In this document: positions 39,735 through 49,016 of the stretch, one piece after another
Numbering within the stretch: the stretch's first letter is position 1
Layout of the letters: every line of letters begins with the position of its first letter
Assembly: GCA_003605115.1 (NCBI GenBank)
Contig: QZKY01000016.1
Location: 109,776-173,775 of the forward strand
Length of the DNA: 64,000 nt
Source of the DNA: Oxalobacter sp.
GTDB taxonomy: Bacteria > Pseudomonadota > Gammaproteobacteria > Burkholderiales > Burkholderiaceae_D
Direction: 5' to 3'
The notes under the pieces: model-generated
Seen by the model: the letters and a program-made list of their open reading frames with translations, nothing else
The model's database searches: none
Told to the model about the DNA's origin: nothing
Made by a program: the position numbers and the translations under genes

Positions 39735-40715
39735 TTACCTTGGGTTTCCATTCCCGTTGAACAGCTTGATGCGTGCCATGACTTGGCCGTGATCCGAGGC
39801 TTCCGGCATCTCCAGCGTAATGTGATCGTTGAAATAGTGTACTTCTTCTACCGCGCCGATGGCGTACCGGGAATCCGGGTTGAATTCTTCAGAAACCAGC
39901 ACGTGGTCTATGGTCTGAAAACGACCTTCGTGGATATCGGTGTAATTGACGCTCCCTTGCACTGCCTGGCGACGTGCAATGGCCGCGCTGTCGAACAAAC
40001 GTTCGTCAAATCCTTCGCGTCCGTGTTGTCCTGCGCCCATCACGATGCGGGTGGTGGTGGCGGTGATGACATCGTTGAAATCGCCCATGACCACGGCAGG
40101 GTCGCGGTTGCCTTCCAGAATTTTACCTAACAGCAGGCGCAAGCCCAGGGATTCCGTGCCGCGGCGCACCAGGGATCGCAAGGTAGCGATGCCGAGGTGA
40201 CGGTAATTGTCTTCATGTTCGCCCTGGAGATAATCGGGACGCTTGGATTTCAGATGTACGACGAAGGTATGCATCATCCGGTCGCCCGGTAGCATCAGGC
40301 GTGTGTGGAGCACCGGTCGGGTGAAGTGGGTGACCATCCGGCCATTGCCGGGGAGTGGGAAATGCAGGTCGCTCGGCAAGTCATTGTAAACGACCGGGTT
40401 GCCCGTGATGGGGAGGCGGGAAACCAACGCAACGCTGGGGGTGATACGCTCGACTTTCGTATCCGGATCAAATCCGGCGTGGTGAGCTTGTCGATAAAGC
40501 CGGGTTTTGGCGAGCACTTCTTTGAGCGCGGCTTGGGAAAATATTTCCTGGAAGCCAACAACATCCGCATCCATTAAATCAAGCTGGCGGGCAATCCATG
40601 TGGTTTTTGCATCATATTCCGCCCGCGTATAAGGCTCCATCTTTTCGTAGTATTTCACGCCCGGGAGGGCGAGGTTACATACGTTGAAGCTGGCGAAACG
40701 GATTTCCTTTGGCAT
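39735..40715 (-). CDS. Endonuclease/exonuclease/phosphatase family protein
   Basis: SFNV, GFQE, HLKSK, MGDFND, IDHVLVS and SDH motifs. Confidence 0.9.
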   Translation of the reverse strand: MPKEIRFASFNVCNLALPGVKYYEKMEPYTRAEYDAKTTWIARQLDLMDADVVGFQEIFSQAALKEVLAKTRLYRQAHHAGFDPDTKVERITPSVALVSRLPITGNPVVYNDLPSDLHFPLPGNGRMVTHFTRPVLHTRLMLPGDRMMHTFVVHLKSKRPDYLQGEHEDNYRHLGIATLRSLVRRGTESLGLRLLLGKILEGNRDPAVVMGDFNDVITATTTRIVMGAGQHGREGFDERLFDSAAIARRQAVQGSVNYTDIHEGRFQTIDHVLVSEEFNPDSRYAIGAVEEVHYFNDHITLEMPEASDHGQVMARIKLFNGNGNPR

Positions 40716-40784
40716 ATGTTGGTCTTCCTCCAATGACGGAATCAGCTTATCATGCTTCCTTCCAGAAATTCATGACACTCCCCA

Positions 40785-41399
40785 ATGAAACTTGCTTTAT
40801 CCGCCCTCTTTGTTGTGTTTGCCTACTTGATAGGTTCCATCTCCTTTGCTGTGGTTGTCAGCAAGCTGTCCGGACTGGCCGACCCGCGTACTTACGGCTC
40901 AAAGAATCCGGGTGCGACCAACGTGCTGCGTACCGGCAACAAAAAAGCCGCGCTGTTTACCCTGCTGGGAGATGCGGCCAAAGGCTGGATTGTCGTGTTC
41001 CTGATGCAGTGGTTCGGGCCCGCACACGGGTTTGGTACGGATGTGGTGGCGCTGGTGGCTTTGGCCGCTTTTGTGGGACATCTGTGGCCGATCTACACGC
41101 GCTTTGAAGGCGGCAAAGGGGTTGCGACGGCGCTGGGCATTTTGTTGGCGCTGAGTCCATGGCTGGGGCTTGCCGTGTTGGGCACCTGGTTACTGGTAGC
41201 CTATGTGTCCAAATACTCTTCTCTCGCGGCGATCATCGCTGCGCTGCTTTCGCCGATTTACTGCTTCCTGCTTTTTGGCACTGACCCTCGCACCATGACG
41301 GTGTTTGTGTTGAGTGTGTTGCTGCTGTGGCGGCATTCCTCCAACATCAAAAATCTGATTGAAGGCAAAGAGAGCAAGATTGGGAGCAAGAAGAAGTAG
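40785..41399 (+). CDS. plsY: Glycerol-3-phosphate acyltransferase PlsY
   Basis: [25 protein letters not shown] and RHSSNI. Confidence 0.96.
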   Translation: MKLALSALFVVFAYLIGSISFAVVVSKLSGLADPRTYGSKNPGATNVLRTGNKKAALFTLLGDAAKGWIVVFLMQWFGPAHGFGTDVVALVALAAFVGHLWPIYTRFEGGKGVATALGILLALSPWLGLAVLGTWLLVAYVSKYSSLAAIIAALLSPIYCFLLFGTDPRTMTVFVLSVLLLWRHSSNIKNLIEGKESKIGSKKK

Positions 41400-41446
41400 G
41401 CTTCATTCGGAGAGGTCACGTGCATTGCAGTATGCGAAGACGTCAG

Positions 41447-41504
41447 AAAATGGGGGGCAGCGTAAATTTCGCGGCAAGAAATAAAATTGCTGCCCTCTAT
41501 TTTT
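41447..41504. repeat. Dispersed hairpin repeat, degenerate copy
   Basis: AAAATGGGGGGCAGCGTAAATTTCGC..GAAATAAAATTGCTGCCCTCTATTTT; loop resembles that of 16226-16287. Confidence 0.65.
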
Positions 41505-41536
41505 ACGATGAAGAGGCAAAATAAAAAGCCTTTTGC

Positions 41537-42004
41537 TTAGTTGCTGCAATACTTTTCAACATCCCGCTGCGCAACACGACGATCATAGTCGTCGGTTTTT
41601 GCGCCATTGGAATGACCGACGGCGCCACTAAGAATGTCTCGCGCGAGGTTGCACCTGGATTGGTTCGTGTTGCCAGCCCTTCCGCCAGAAAGCGACTTGG
41701 GGCGGGTGCTGACGCGAGGCTCGTAATTTTTTTTGTTGTAATCCTCTTGTAGCTTGCGCTGTTTGCGCATCCTTTCCTGCTCCCCCCAATATGCCGCAGA
41801 ATCTTTCGGCGATTGCATGTGTTCAGGCTGCGAGCGCACATTCATTTTTACTGCATCGGATTTACATGCATCCTTCTTTTCAGAGTAATACGTGCGCTTG
41901 TTTTCATCCACGCATTTGTAAATTTGGGCGTGACTGACGGAAGTGATCAGCAACAAAAACAAGAACAGGCCTGACAGGTGTGGGGTAGTGGTGGGCGGGA
42001 ACAT
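41537..42004 (-). CDS. DUF4124-like exported protein
   Basis: Signal peptide followed by AQIYKCVDENKRTYYSE. Confidence 0.75.
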   Translation of the reverse strand: MFPPTTTPHLSGLFLFLLLITSVSHAQIYKCVDENKRTYYSEKKDACKSDAVKMNVRSQPEHMQSPKDSAAYWGEQERMRKQRKLQEDYNKKNYEPRVSTRPKSLSGGRAGNTNQSRCNLARDILSGAVGHSNGAKTDDYDRRVAQRDVEKYCSN

Positions 42005-42077
42005 GCTTGGGGTGGTTGGGTCAGGTGAAATGATGTGGTGCGGAGAGCGTCGATGGGTGTTGATGCGAGCGATGGTC

Positions 42078-42725
42078 TTACCTGGAATGTAGCAATTGAT
42101 GCGCTACCGCGTACTGGATGATTTCTGAAAGCGAATGCATCTGCATCTTTTGCATGATGCGCGTCTTGTGTGTGCTGACGGTTTTGACGGAGAGATGAAG
42201 CTGATCGCCAATTTCGGTGAGTGACTTGCCGCTGACCAGCAGGTTGAAAACCTCAAACTCACGATCGGAAAGCTGGGTGTGTGGCAGTTCCTTGTTTGGC
42301 GCCATGATGTTGAGCGCCAGTTGTTCGGCGACTTGCGTACTGATGTAGGGACGCCCCGTGGCAACACGGCGGATGGCATTGACGAGTTGCGTGCCCGCGC
42401 TTTCCTTGGTCAGGTAACCTTGCGCGCCAGCGCGGATAGAACGAACCGCGTACTGTTCTTCGTCGTGCATGGTCAGGATGAGCAAAGGCAATTTGGGCGC
42501 TTCGCTCTTGACTTGCCGTATCAGTTCGATCCCGTTTCGGCCGGGCATGGAAAGATCCATCAGCAGTATGTCAAAGCCGCCTTTGCGTACCCAGTCGATG
42601 GTTTCATAGCCGTTGGTGGCTTCACCGATCACGATGATGTCATCCACACCATCTAGGATGCGCTTCAGTCCTTCGCGCATGATGGTGTGATCGTCTGCGA
42701 TGACAATGCGGGTCGTCAACGTCAT
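42078..42725 (-). CDS. NarL/UvrY-family response regulator (REC plus LuxR HTH)
   Basis: IADDH, MDLSMP, GYLTK and LSDREFEV..SVKTVSTH. Confidence 0.93.
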   Translation of the reverse strand: MTLTTRIVIADDHTIMREGLKRILDGVDDIIVIGEATNGYETIDWVRKGGFDILLMDLSMPGRNGIELIRQVKSEAPKLPLLILTMHDEEQYAVRSIRAGAQGYLTKESAGTQLVNAIRRVATGRPYISTQVAEQLALNIMAPNKELPHTQLSDREFEVFNLLVSGKSLTEIGDQLHLSVKTVSTHKTRIMQKMQMHSLSEIIQYAVAHQLLHSR

Positions 42726-42873
42726 AGTCCTCAGGGGGATGGGTGAAACATGACAGTCAGGCCATACACCCCGATTGTATACCGATAACTCTTGTAAATG
42801 CGCAAATTGTGTCTTTCACGCACGCTCTACGGTAGAATGCTTACAAGTAATTTAAGACAACACCCTGTCATCC

Positions 42874-44601
42874 ATGAGCGATACTTCAAACAAAAATACA
42901 AGTGCCCCCGCCTCGTCCAATTTTTTGCGGGCGATCATCGAAACTGATCTCAAAAGCGGCACTTACCAGCGACCGGGCTTGCCCTCCGTTATCACCCGCT
43001 TCCCCCCAGAACCCAATGGCTATTTGCATATCGGCCATGCGAAATCGATTTGCCTGAATTTTGGGCTGGCGCGCGATTATGCCGGTCGCTGCCACATGCG
43101 TTTTGATGACACCAACCCGACCAGGGAAGAGCAGGAATTCGTCGACACGATCCTCGACAGCGTGCAGTGGCTGGGGTTTACCTGGGAACACGGCGGTGAG
43201 GCACACCTGCATTACGCCAGCGACTATTTCGACAAGCTGTATGAAATGGCGGAATATTTGATTACCGCCGGCCACGCCTACGTGGATAGCCAAAGCGCCG
43301 AAGACATGGCGAAAAACCGCGGCAGCTTTTCCGAGTCGGGCAAGGCTTCACCGTATCGTGATCGTCCGGCTGCTGAATCGCTGGATCTGTTCCGCCGCAT
43401 GAAGGCGGGCGAATTCAAGGATGGCGAGCATGTGGTGCGCGCGAAGATCGACATGGCTTCCCCTAACATGAACATGCGCGATCCGGCGATTTTCCGTATC
43501 CGCCATGCGCACCACCATCGCACCGGCGAAAAATGGTGCGTTTATCCCATGTACGATTATGCGCATCCGATTTCAGACGCCATCGAAAACATCACGCATT
43601 CGATCTGCACGCTGGAGTTTCAGGATCACCGTCCGTTTTACGACTGGGTTCTGGAGCGCCTGGCCGAAGGTGGTTTCTTCAAGAAACCCGTACTGCCGCA
43701 TCAATACGAATTTGCGCGCCTGAACCTGACTTATGCGATCACCAGCAAGCGCCGACTGCTGCAAATGGTGGAAGAAGGCATTGTGTCCGGCTGGGACGAT
43801 CCGCGCCTGGCGACCATTGTCGGTATGCGTCGTCGCGGCTATACGCCGGAAGCGGTGCAGTTATTTTGCGAGCGCATTGGTGTCGCCAAAGCAGATGGCT
43901 GGATCGACATGAGCGTACTCGAAGGCAGCTTGCGCGATGATCTCGATCCCAAAGCGCCGCGTGCGGTGGCGGTGTTGCGGCCGCTGAAACTCATCATCGA
44001 CAATTTCCCAGAAGGCGAAACCGTCGAGTGTACCGCGCCGGTGCATCCGCATTTTCCCGAACGCGGCAATCGCGCTTTCCCGATCAGCAAGGAACTCTGG
44101 ATTGAGCAGGAAGATTTCATGGAAAGCCCGGTCAAGGGGTACTTCCGCCTTTTTCCTGGCAACCGGGTACGGCTACGCTATGGCTATGTGATCGAATGCA
44201 CGAGCGTGGACAAGGACGCCAATGGCAATGTTATTGCGATACATTGCAATTACTTCCCGGACAGCAAGAGCGGCACCGAAGGCAGTGCGAACTACAAGGT
44301 CAAGGGGAATATTCACTGGGTGAGCGTAGCGCATGCTGTCAAGGCAGAAGTACGCTTGTATGATCGTTTGTTCACGGATCCGCAACCCGATGCTGGGGGC
44401 AAAGATTTTCGTGCTGCGATCAACCCGCATTCCAGGGAAGTGATCACCGCATACCTGGAGCCGGGAATGGAAAAGGCCAGGAAGGAAGATCGGTTTCAGT
44501 TTGAACGTCATGGGTATTTTGTTGTGGATCGCGAAGATTCCCAACCGGGGCAACCCGTATTCAACCGGATCGTGACACTGCGCGATTCGTGGGCGAAGTA
44601 A
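42874..44601 (+). CDS. glnS: Glutamine--tRNA ligase
   Basis: TRFPPEPNGYLHIGH, RFDDTNP, TSKR and FQFER. Confidence 0.97.
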   Translation: MSDTSNKNTSAPASSNFLRAIIETDLKSGTYQRPGLPSVITRFPPEPNGYLHIGHAKSICLNFGLARDYAGRCHMRFDDTNPTREEQEFVDTILDSVQWLGFTWEHGGEAHLHYASDYFDKLYEMAEYLITAGHAYVDSQSAEDMAKNRGSFSESGKASPYRDRPAAESLDLFRRMKAGEFKDGEHVVRAKIDMASPNMNMRDPAIFRIRHAHHHRTGEKWCVYPMYDYAHPISDAIENITHSICTLEFQDHRPFYDWVLERLAEGGFFKKPVLPHQYEFARLNLTYAITSKRRLLQMVEEGIVSGWDDPRLATIVGMRRRGYTPEAVQLFCERIGVAKADGWIDMSVLEGSLRDDLDPKAPRAVAVLRPLKLIIDNFPEGETVECTAPVHPHFPERGNRAFPISKELWIEQEDFMESPVKGYFRLFPGNRVRLRYGYVIECTSVDKDANGNVIAIHCNYFPDSKSGTEGSANYKVKGNIHWVSVAHAVKAEVRLYDRLFTDPQPDAGGKDFRAAINPHSREVITAYLEPGMEKARKEDRFQFERHGYFVVDREDSQPGQPVFNRIVTLRDSWAK

Positions 44602-44652
44602 GTAGACACGCAAAGCTGAACATTGTCGCAACCCACAGGTCAGGAGGGCTGC

Positions 44653-45501
44653 ATGGCTGAAGAAGAAAGCAAACGCAGCATCGGTTCCTGGGTTCAGATA
44701 CTGAGTTCCGGGCAGCTTCCTGTTTTGCGGCAAACCGTTCGCAGTTTGACGGAAGCACGTGAGCGGATCAGCAGCATCAATGGCAGGGAAATCACCGAGA
44801 TCGTCATGCGTGACCCGCTGATGGCAGTGCGCGTGCTGGCGTATGTTCGACCGTATTATGCGAAGCGAAGATTGAAAGACATCGCCAACGTCGAACATGC
44901 TGTGATGATGCTGGGTGTGGAACCTTTCTTCAAGTATTTTGCGAATCTCCAGACCGTGGAAGACATGCTCAAGCCGTATCCGCAATCATTGGTGGGCTTG
45001 CTATACATTGTCCGACGTTCACAGCGGGCTGCGCGTTATGCTTTCGAATGGGCAGTGTGGCGGCGCACGGCGAACATCGAAGAAATTTACATGTCGGCCT
45101 TGCTGTACGATCTGGCCGAAATTTTGATGTGGTGCTACGCGCCGCAGCAGTCCTCCAAAATTTTGGCAATGCAGCGCGCCGATTCGACGCTGCGTAGCGC
45201 TGAGGCACAAGAGCAGATTTTTGGATTTAAAGTGATTGAATTGCAGCAGATGCTGTGCAAGACATGGCAATTGCCGGAACTCTTGCTCAGTCAGTTCAAC
45301 CCGGAACACAAGGATCACCCGCGTTTTCAGAACGTGAAATTGGCAGTCGATTTGGCGCGGCATTCCGCGCGGGGTTGGGATAACGCAGCTTTGCCGGACG
45401 ATTTTTCAGCCATTGAAAAACTGCTTAACATCAATCGAGAAATGCTGTTGTTCCGTCTCGGATTGCGCGACGCGCAGGGCAATGAAATTACGCCGTCATG
45501 A
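44653..45501 (+). CDS. HDOD domain protein
   Basis: LPVL, RDPLMAVRVL, ALLYDLAE and WQLP. Confidence 0.85.
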   Translation: MAEEESKRSIGSWVQILSSGQLPVLRQTVRSLTEARERISSINGREITEIVMRDPLMAVRVLAYVRPYYAKRRLKDIANVEHAVMMLGVEPFFKYFANLQTVEDMLKPYPQSLVGLLYIVRRSQRAARYAFEWAVWRRTANIEEIYMSALLYDLAEILMWCYAPQQSSKILAMQRADSTLRSAEAQEQIFGFKVIELQQMLCKTWQLPELLLSQFNPEHKDHPRFQNVKLAVDLARHSARGWDNAALPDDFSAIEKLLNINREMLLFRLGLRDAQGNEITPS

Positions 45502-45558
45502 TCAGGAATGATTGAGGGTTACAAAACTTTGAGACAATTTTGAAATGTTTCTGTTAAA

Positions 45559-45675
45559 CCCCCTTCCCCCTGCCAGGGGGAAGGTTGGGATGGGGGTGCA
45601 CAGCATGTTCGAGAGTAGTGTATAAAATCTGGAGCGACACCCCCACCCTAACCCTCCTCCTCATAAGGGGAGGGA
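45559..45675. repeat. Two inverted BoxC-like repeats
   Basis: CCCCCTTCCCCCTGCCAGGGGGAAGGTTGGGATGGGGG and CCCCCACCCTAACCCTCCTCC..GGGGAGGGA. Confidence 0.65.
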
Positions 45676-45731
45676 ATAATTTTTAAGCCTTGCACAGATA
45701 TGTAATCATCAACAGATTAAAGGGTGATGTA

Positions 45732-46337
45732 ATGAAGCTATACTATTTCCCCGGCGCTTGTTCGCTGGCACCGCACATCGTCCTGCGCGAGACAGGGATA
45801 ACGCATGAAATAGAAAGAGTGGATTTGACGAATAAGGTCACGGAAACCGACGCGGATTTTCTGGGCATTAACCCAAAAGGATTTGTGCCAGCGCTTCAGC
45901 TTAACAACGGACAAATCCTGACGGAAGCGCAAGTGCTCGTGCAATATATCGCCGATCAGACACCGGACAAACATCTCGTTCCGCTGGCGGGCAGTCTGGC
46001 GCGCTATCGCGTGATGGAATGGTTGGGCTATATCGCTTCGGATTTGCAGAAAGGCTTTGCACCGCTCTTCAACCCTGACACCACGGACGTGACGCGCACG
46101 ACGGTACAGCTTAACCTCGCGCGGCAGTTCGATTATGTCGCCTCACATCTGGAAACTGCAGCGTATCTGGTAGGTGATCGTTATACGGTTGCTGACGCGT
46201 ATCTGTTCACGGTGCTTAATTGGGCAGACTACGTCGACATTGATTTGGCGGAATGGCCGGAACTGGTCGCTTATCAACAGCGCATCGCGCACCGCCCGGC
46301 GGTGCAGGCAGCGATGATGGCTGAAGGCTTGCTTTAA
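45732..46337 (+). CDS. gstA: Glutathione S-transferase, beta class (GstA-like)
   Basis: MKLYYFPGACSLAPHI, INPKGFVP and TVADAYLF. Confidence 0.88.
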   Translation: MKLYYFPGACSLAPHIVLRETGITHEIERVDLTNKVTETDADFLGINPKGFVPALQLNNGQILTEAQVLVQYIADQTPDKHLVPLAGSLARYRVMEWLGYIASDLQKGFAPLFNPDTTDVTRTTVQLNLARQFDYVASHLETAAYLVGDRYTVADAYLFTVLNWADYVDIDLAEWPELVAYQQRIAHRPAVQAAMMAEGLL

Positions 46338-46675
46338 CAGCAGCGCGCTGAAAACTTTTTTCTTTTCTTGAGCCCTTACCGCTTGCGGGCATAACTCACG
46401 TCAGAAGTCTGGACAACAGGCAGATCGCGCCACGCTGACACCTTCTTCCTGCCAAAGCCGCCTGTTCAGCGCACATTTTTGCCATTTTTCCTTTCGCAGT
46501 CGAAATTCGTTCGATTGCACCCCGATGAAGCGCTGGACGCTCATTCACGCTTCATTTTTATCGTGAACCCCCTAATTTGCGCACACAATTGGTGCGAGAC
46601 GCCTCTTTTTGGGGTGGTACAGATATTGCCGTATGGAAAGTGAGGTTCACTCCACAAGGCAGCGAGGTTAGCAGG

Positions 46676-48967
46676 ATGTTTCAGCATTATTTGACGCTTC
46701 ATTCAACTCAGACGACGAATGAGGCTTTGGGCGATAACAAGTTAAGCGCACTCTTAGCGCAAGCGCTTGATGTTGATTCTGCCGAGCGAATAGCATTATT
46801 TGGGCGCTGGTGGTTTGATGCAGAAAGTGGTCAATTGGTTTTGTCGGCTTTTGCTGCAGGATTACTGGACGTTCACGCGGGCTTGCACCGCACTCCCGAG
46901 GCATGTTTCTCTCAAGTTGTTGCGGACGATGCGGGCATGCTGTCCGGGGTTCTGGAGCGTATGCGCAGGCAGGAAACGGTGATTGACAGTGTGGTTCGTG
47001 TCATCAATGAGCTGGATGGCATGCGGTGGTTGCGTGTGGTGTCTTTGCCGCGTGATCGTGAAATGCCAGGTGTTCGGCGCGGTATGTTGATTAACGTCAC
47101 TGCTGCGCAGCACGCGGCGATGCGTGAGCGACTGGGGTTTGAGTCGACACAATTCCTGGTCGGCGCACATTCCTCCAGCGAAGCGATCTCGATGGTAATT
47201 AAATCAGTTTGCGAGAACCTCGGCTGGGATTGGGGCGCATACTGGAACCTCGAAAAAAAATCATCTGGTCATTCGTATTTGGTTTGTCAGTATTACTGGC
47301 ACACACAGGGATTGGTGCTCGATGCATTCACGCATGATAGTTGCGCGTTGCAAGTCGATCCAGGAAACGGCTTGGTGGGACGTGTGTGGCAAACAGGGCG
47401 GGCAATGTGGGGTGACAGCGCTGTTTGCAGCGGTGATTGTTTGCGCAGTCAAAGTATCCATGCGAGCGGCCTGAGATCGGCTTACGCTTTTCCGGTGACT
47501 TATCTGACAGAGGACGGCCAGCAGCATAGCCCTGGTGTGCTGGAGTTTTGCAGCAGCTTGCCGCGGCAACGCGAAGCGCAATTACCGAATCTCTCAAATG
47601 CGATTGGTGCCCTGGTGGCACAAGCCTTGCAGCGGATAGAACAAACTGAAACCATTCGCAAGATGGCCCAGGTTGATGCGATGACCGGGTTGGCCAATCG
47701 CAGCCATTTTCATCAATTACTTGGCGCGGCCTGTCAACAAGCGCAAGGAGCAGGCGCGTCCTTTGGTGTGCTGTTCGTTGACTTGGATCGCTTCAAGCCC
47801 ATCAACGATGCTTATGGTCACGATGCTGGCAACATGGTGATTTTGGAATTTTCTCGACGCATGGCGAAATTGGTGCCAGAAGGCAGTCATGTCGGCAGGC
47901 TGGGCGGCGACGAGTTTGCGATACTGTCACCGCAGATTACAGCACAGTCGCAATTGGATGCCTTGGCGATTCAAGTTCTGGAAGCGGCGAGCCAAACTTT
48001 TTATCTTGGCCATCTTGAGTTGGCTGTTTCCGCCAGTATCGGCATCAGCGTCTTTCCAGAAAACGGCAAAACGCCACCAGAGCTTTTGCGCTGCGCTGAC
48101 GCGGCAATGTACCGCAGCAAAAATCACGGTCGCAGCAGCCACTGCTTTTATTCGAGCATGTCACCGACATTTCAACCCGGTATTGAGCAGCAGCTTGAGC
48201 TGGAAGCCGCACTGCATCAAGCATTGATGACAAACGAATTCTTTTTAGAATATCAGCCAGTCTTCGATTGTTTTGGTGAAAGCATGGTTGCAGTCGAAGC
48301 TTTGATTCGTTGGCGACGCGCCAGCGGAGAAGTCTTGCGTCCGGACACTTTCATTCCTGTTGCAGAACGAAGTCAGTTGATTGTCTTGATCGGGCGCTGG
48401 GTGATGCGGCAAGCCTGTCAGGATCTGGCAATTTTTCAGCGAGCAGGGTTTCGGGATTTACAGGTCAATATCAACATGGCGCCGGATGAGTTCATTCGAG
48501 AGCGCTTGCCTGACGATCTGATGGCTATCGTGAGGGAGGCTGGTGTCAAGCCGCGCCATGTCTGCCTGGAGTTGACGGAAAGCATGGCCATGCGTCAGTC
48601 CGACAAGGTTATTCCAGTGATGCGAGCGCTTCGTCAGAGCGGTTTTCACATCAGTTTGGATGATTTTGGCATGGGGCATTCATCCTTATCGCGCTTGAAG
48701 TCGTTGCCGATTACCTCTTTAAAAATTGATCGTTCCTTTGTTCGTGGGTTGCCGAACGATACAGGTGACTGTTCGATCGTGCGCGCAATTTTTGATCTTG
48801 GGAAGCATATGAAGTTGCAAGTGATAGCTGAAGGTGTCGAGAGCGATGCGCAATTCAGCTACCTAAGACAATTCGGCTACCCCTGGATGCAAGGATTCCT
48901 GTTGTCTCGTCCGATGCCTGCGGAATGTCTGCTGGAACTGTTCCCGGCCATTTCGGTGTCCTATTGA
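46676..48967 (+). CDS. PAS-like/GAF-GGDEF-EAL c-di-GMP enzyme
   Basis: GAF (GLVGRVWQ), GGDEF, EAL, ELTE, DDFG, KIDRSF and EGVE all intact; start uncertain. Confidence 0.9.
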   Translation: MFQHYLTLHSTQTTNEALGDNKLSALLAQALDVDSAERIALFGRWWFDAESGQLVLSAFAAGLLDVHAGLHRTPEACFSQVVADDAGMLSGVLERMRRQETVIDSVVRVINELDGMRWLRVVSLPRDREMPGVRRGMLINVTAAQHAAMRERLGFESTQFLVGAHSSSEAISMVIKSVCENLGWDWGAYWNLEKKSSGHSYLVCQYYWHTQGLVLDAFTHDSCALQVDPGNGLVGRVWQTGRAMWGDSAVCSGDCLRSQSIHASGLRSAYAFPVTYLTEDGQQHSPGVLEFCSSLPRQREAQLPNLSNAIGALVAQALQRIEQTETIRKMAQVDAMTGLANRSHFHQLLGAACQQAQGAGASFGVLFVDLDRFKPINDAYGHDAGNMVILEFSRRMAKLVPEGSHVGRLGGDEFAILSPQITAQSQLDALAIQVLEAASQTFYLGHLELAVSASIGISVFPENGKTPPELLRCADAAMYRSKNHGRSSHCFYSSMSPTFQPGIEQQLELEAALHQALMTNEFFLEYQPVFDCFGESMVAVEALIRWRRASGEVLRPDTFIPVAERSQLIVLIGRWVMRQACQDLAIFQRAGFRDLQVNINMAPDEFIRERLPDDLMAIVREAGVKPRHVCLELTESMAMRQSDKVIPVMRALRQSGFHISLDDFGMGHSSLSRLKSLPITSLKIDRSFVRGLPNDTGDCSIVRAIFDLGKHMKLQVIAEGVESDAQFSYLRQFGYPWMQGFLLSRPMPAECLLELFPAISVSY

Positions 48968-49016
48968 TTTCCAATTTTATTTATTCACCATTTTTCAATT
49001 TCTTAGTTTTCAATTT

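Noticed and set aside
42078..42725. Orphan response regulator as a novel system
   Set aside because: Unpaired NarL/UvrY-type regulators are common, and nothing else here is unusual.
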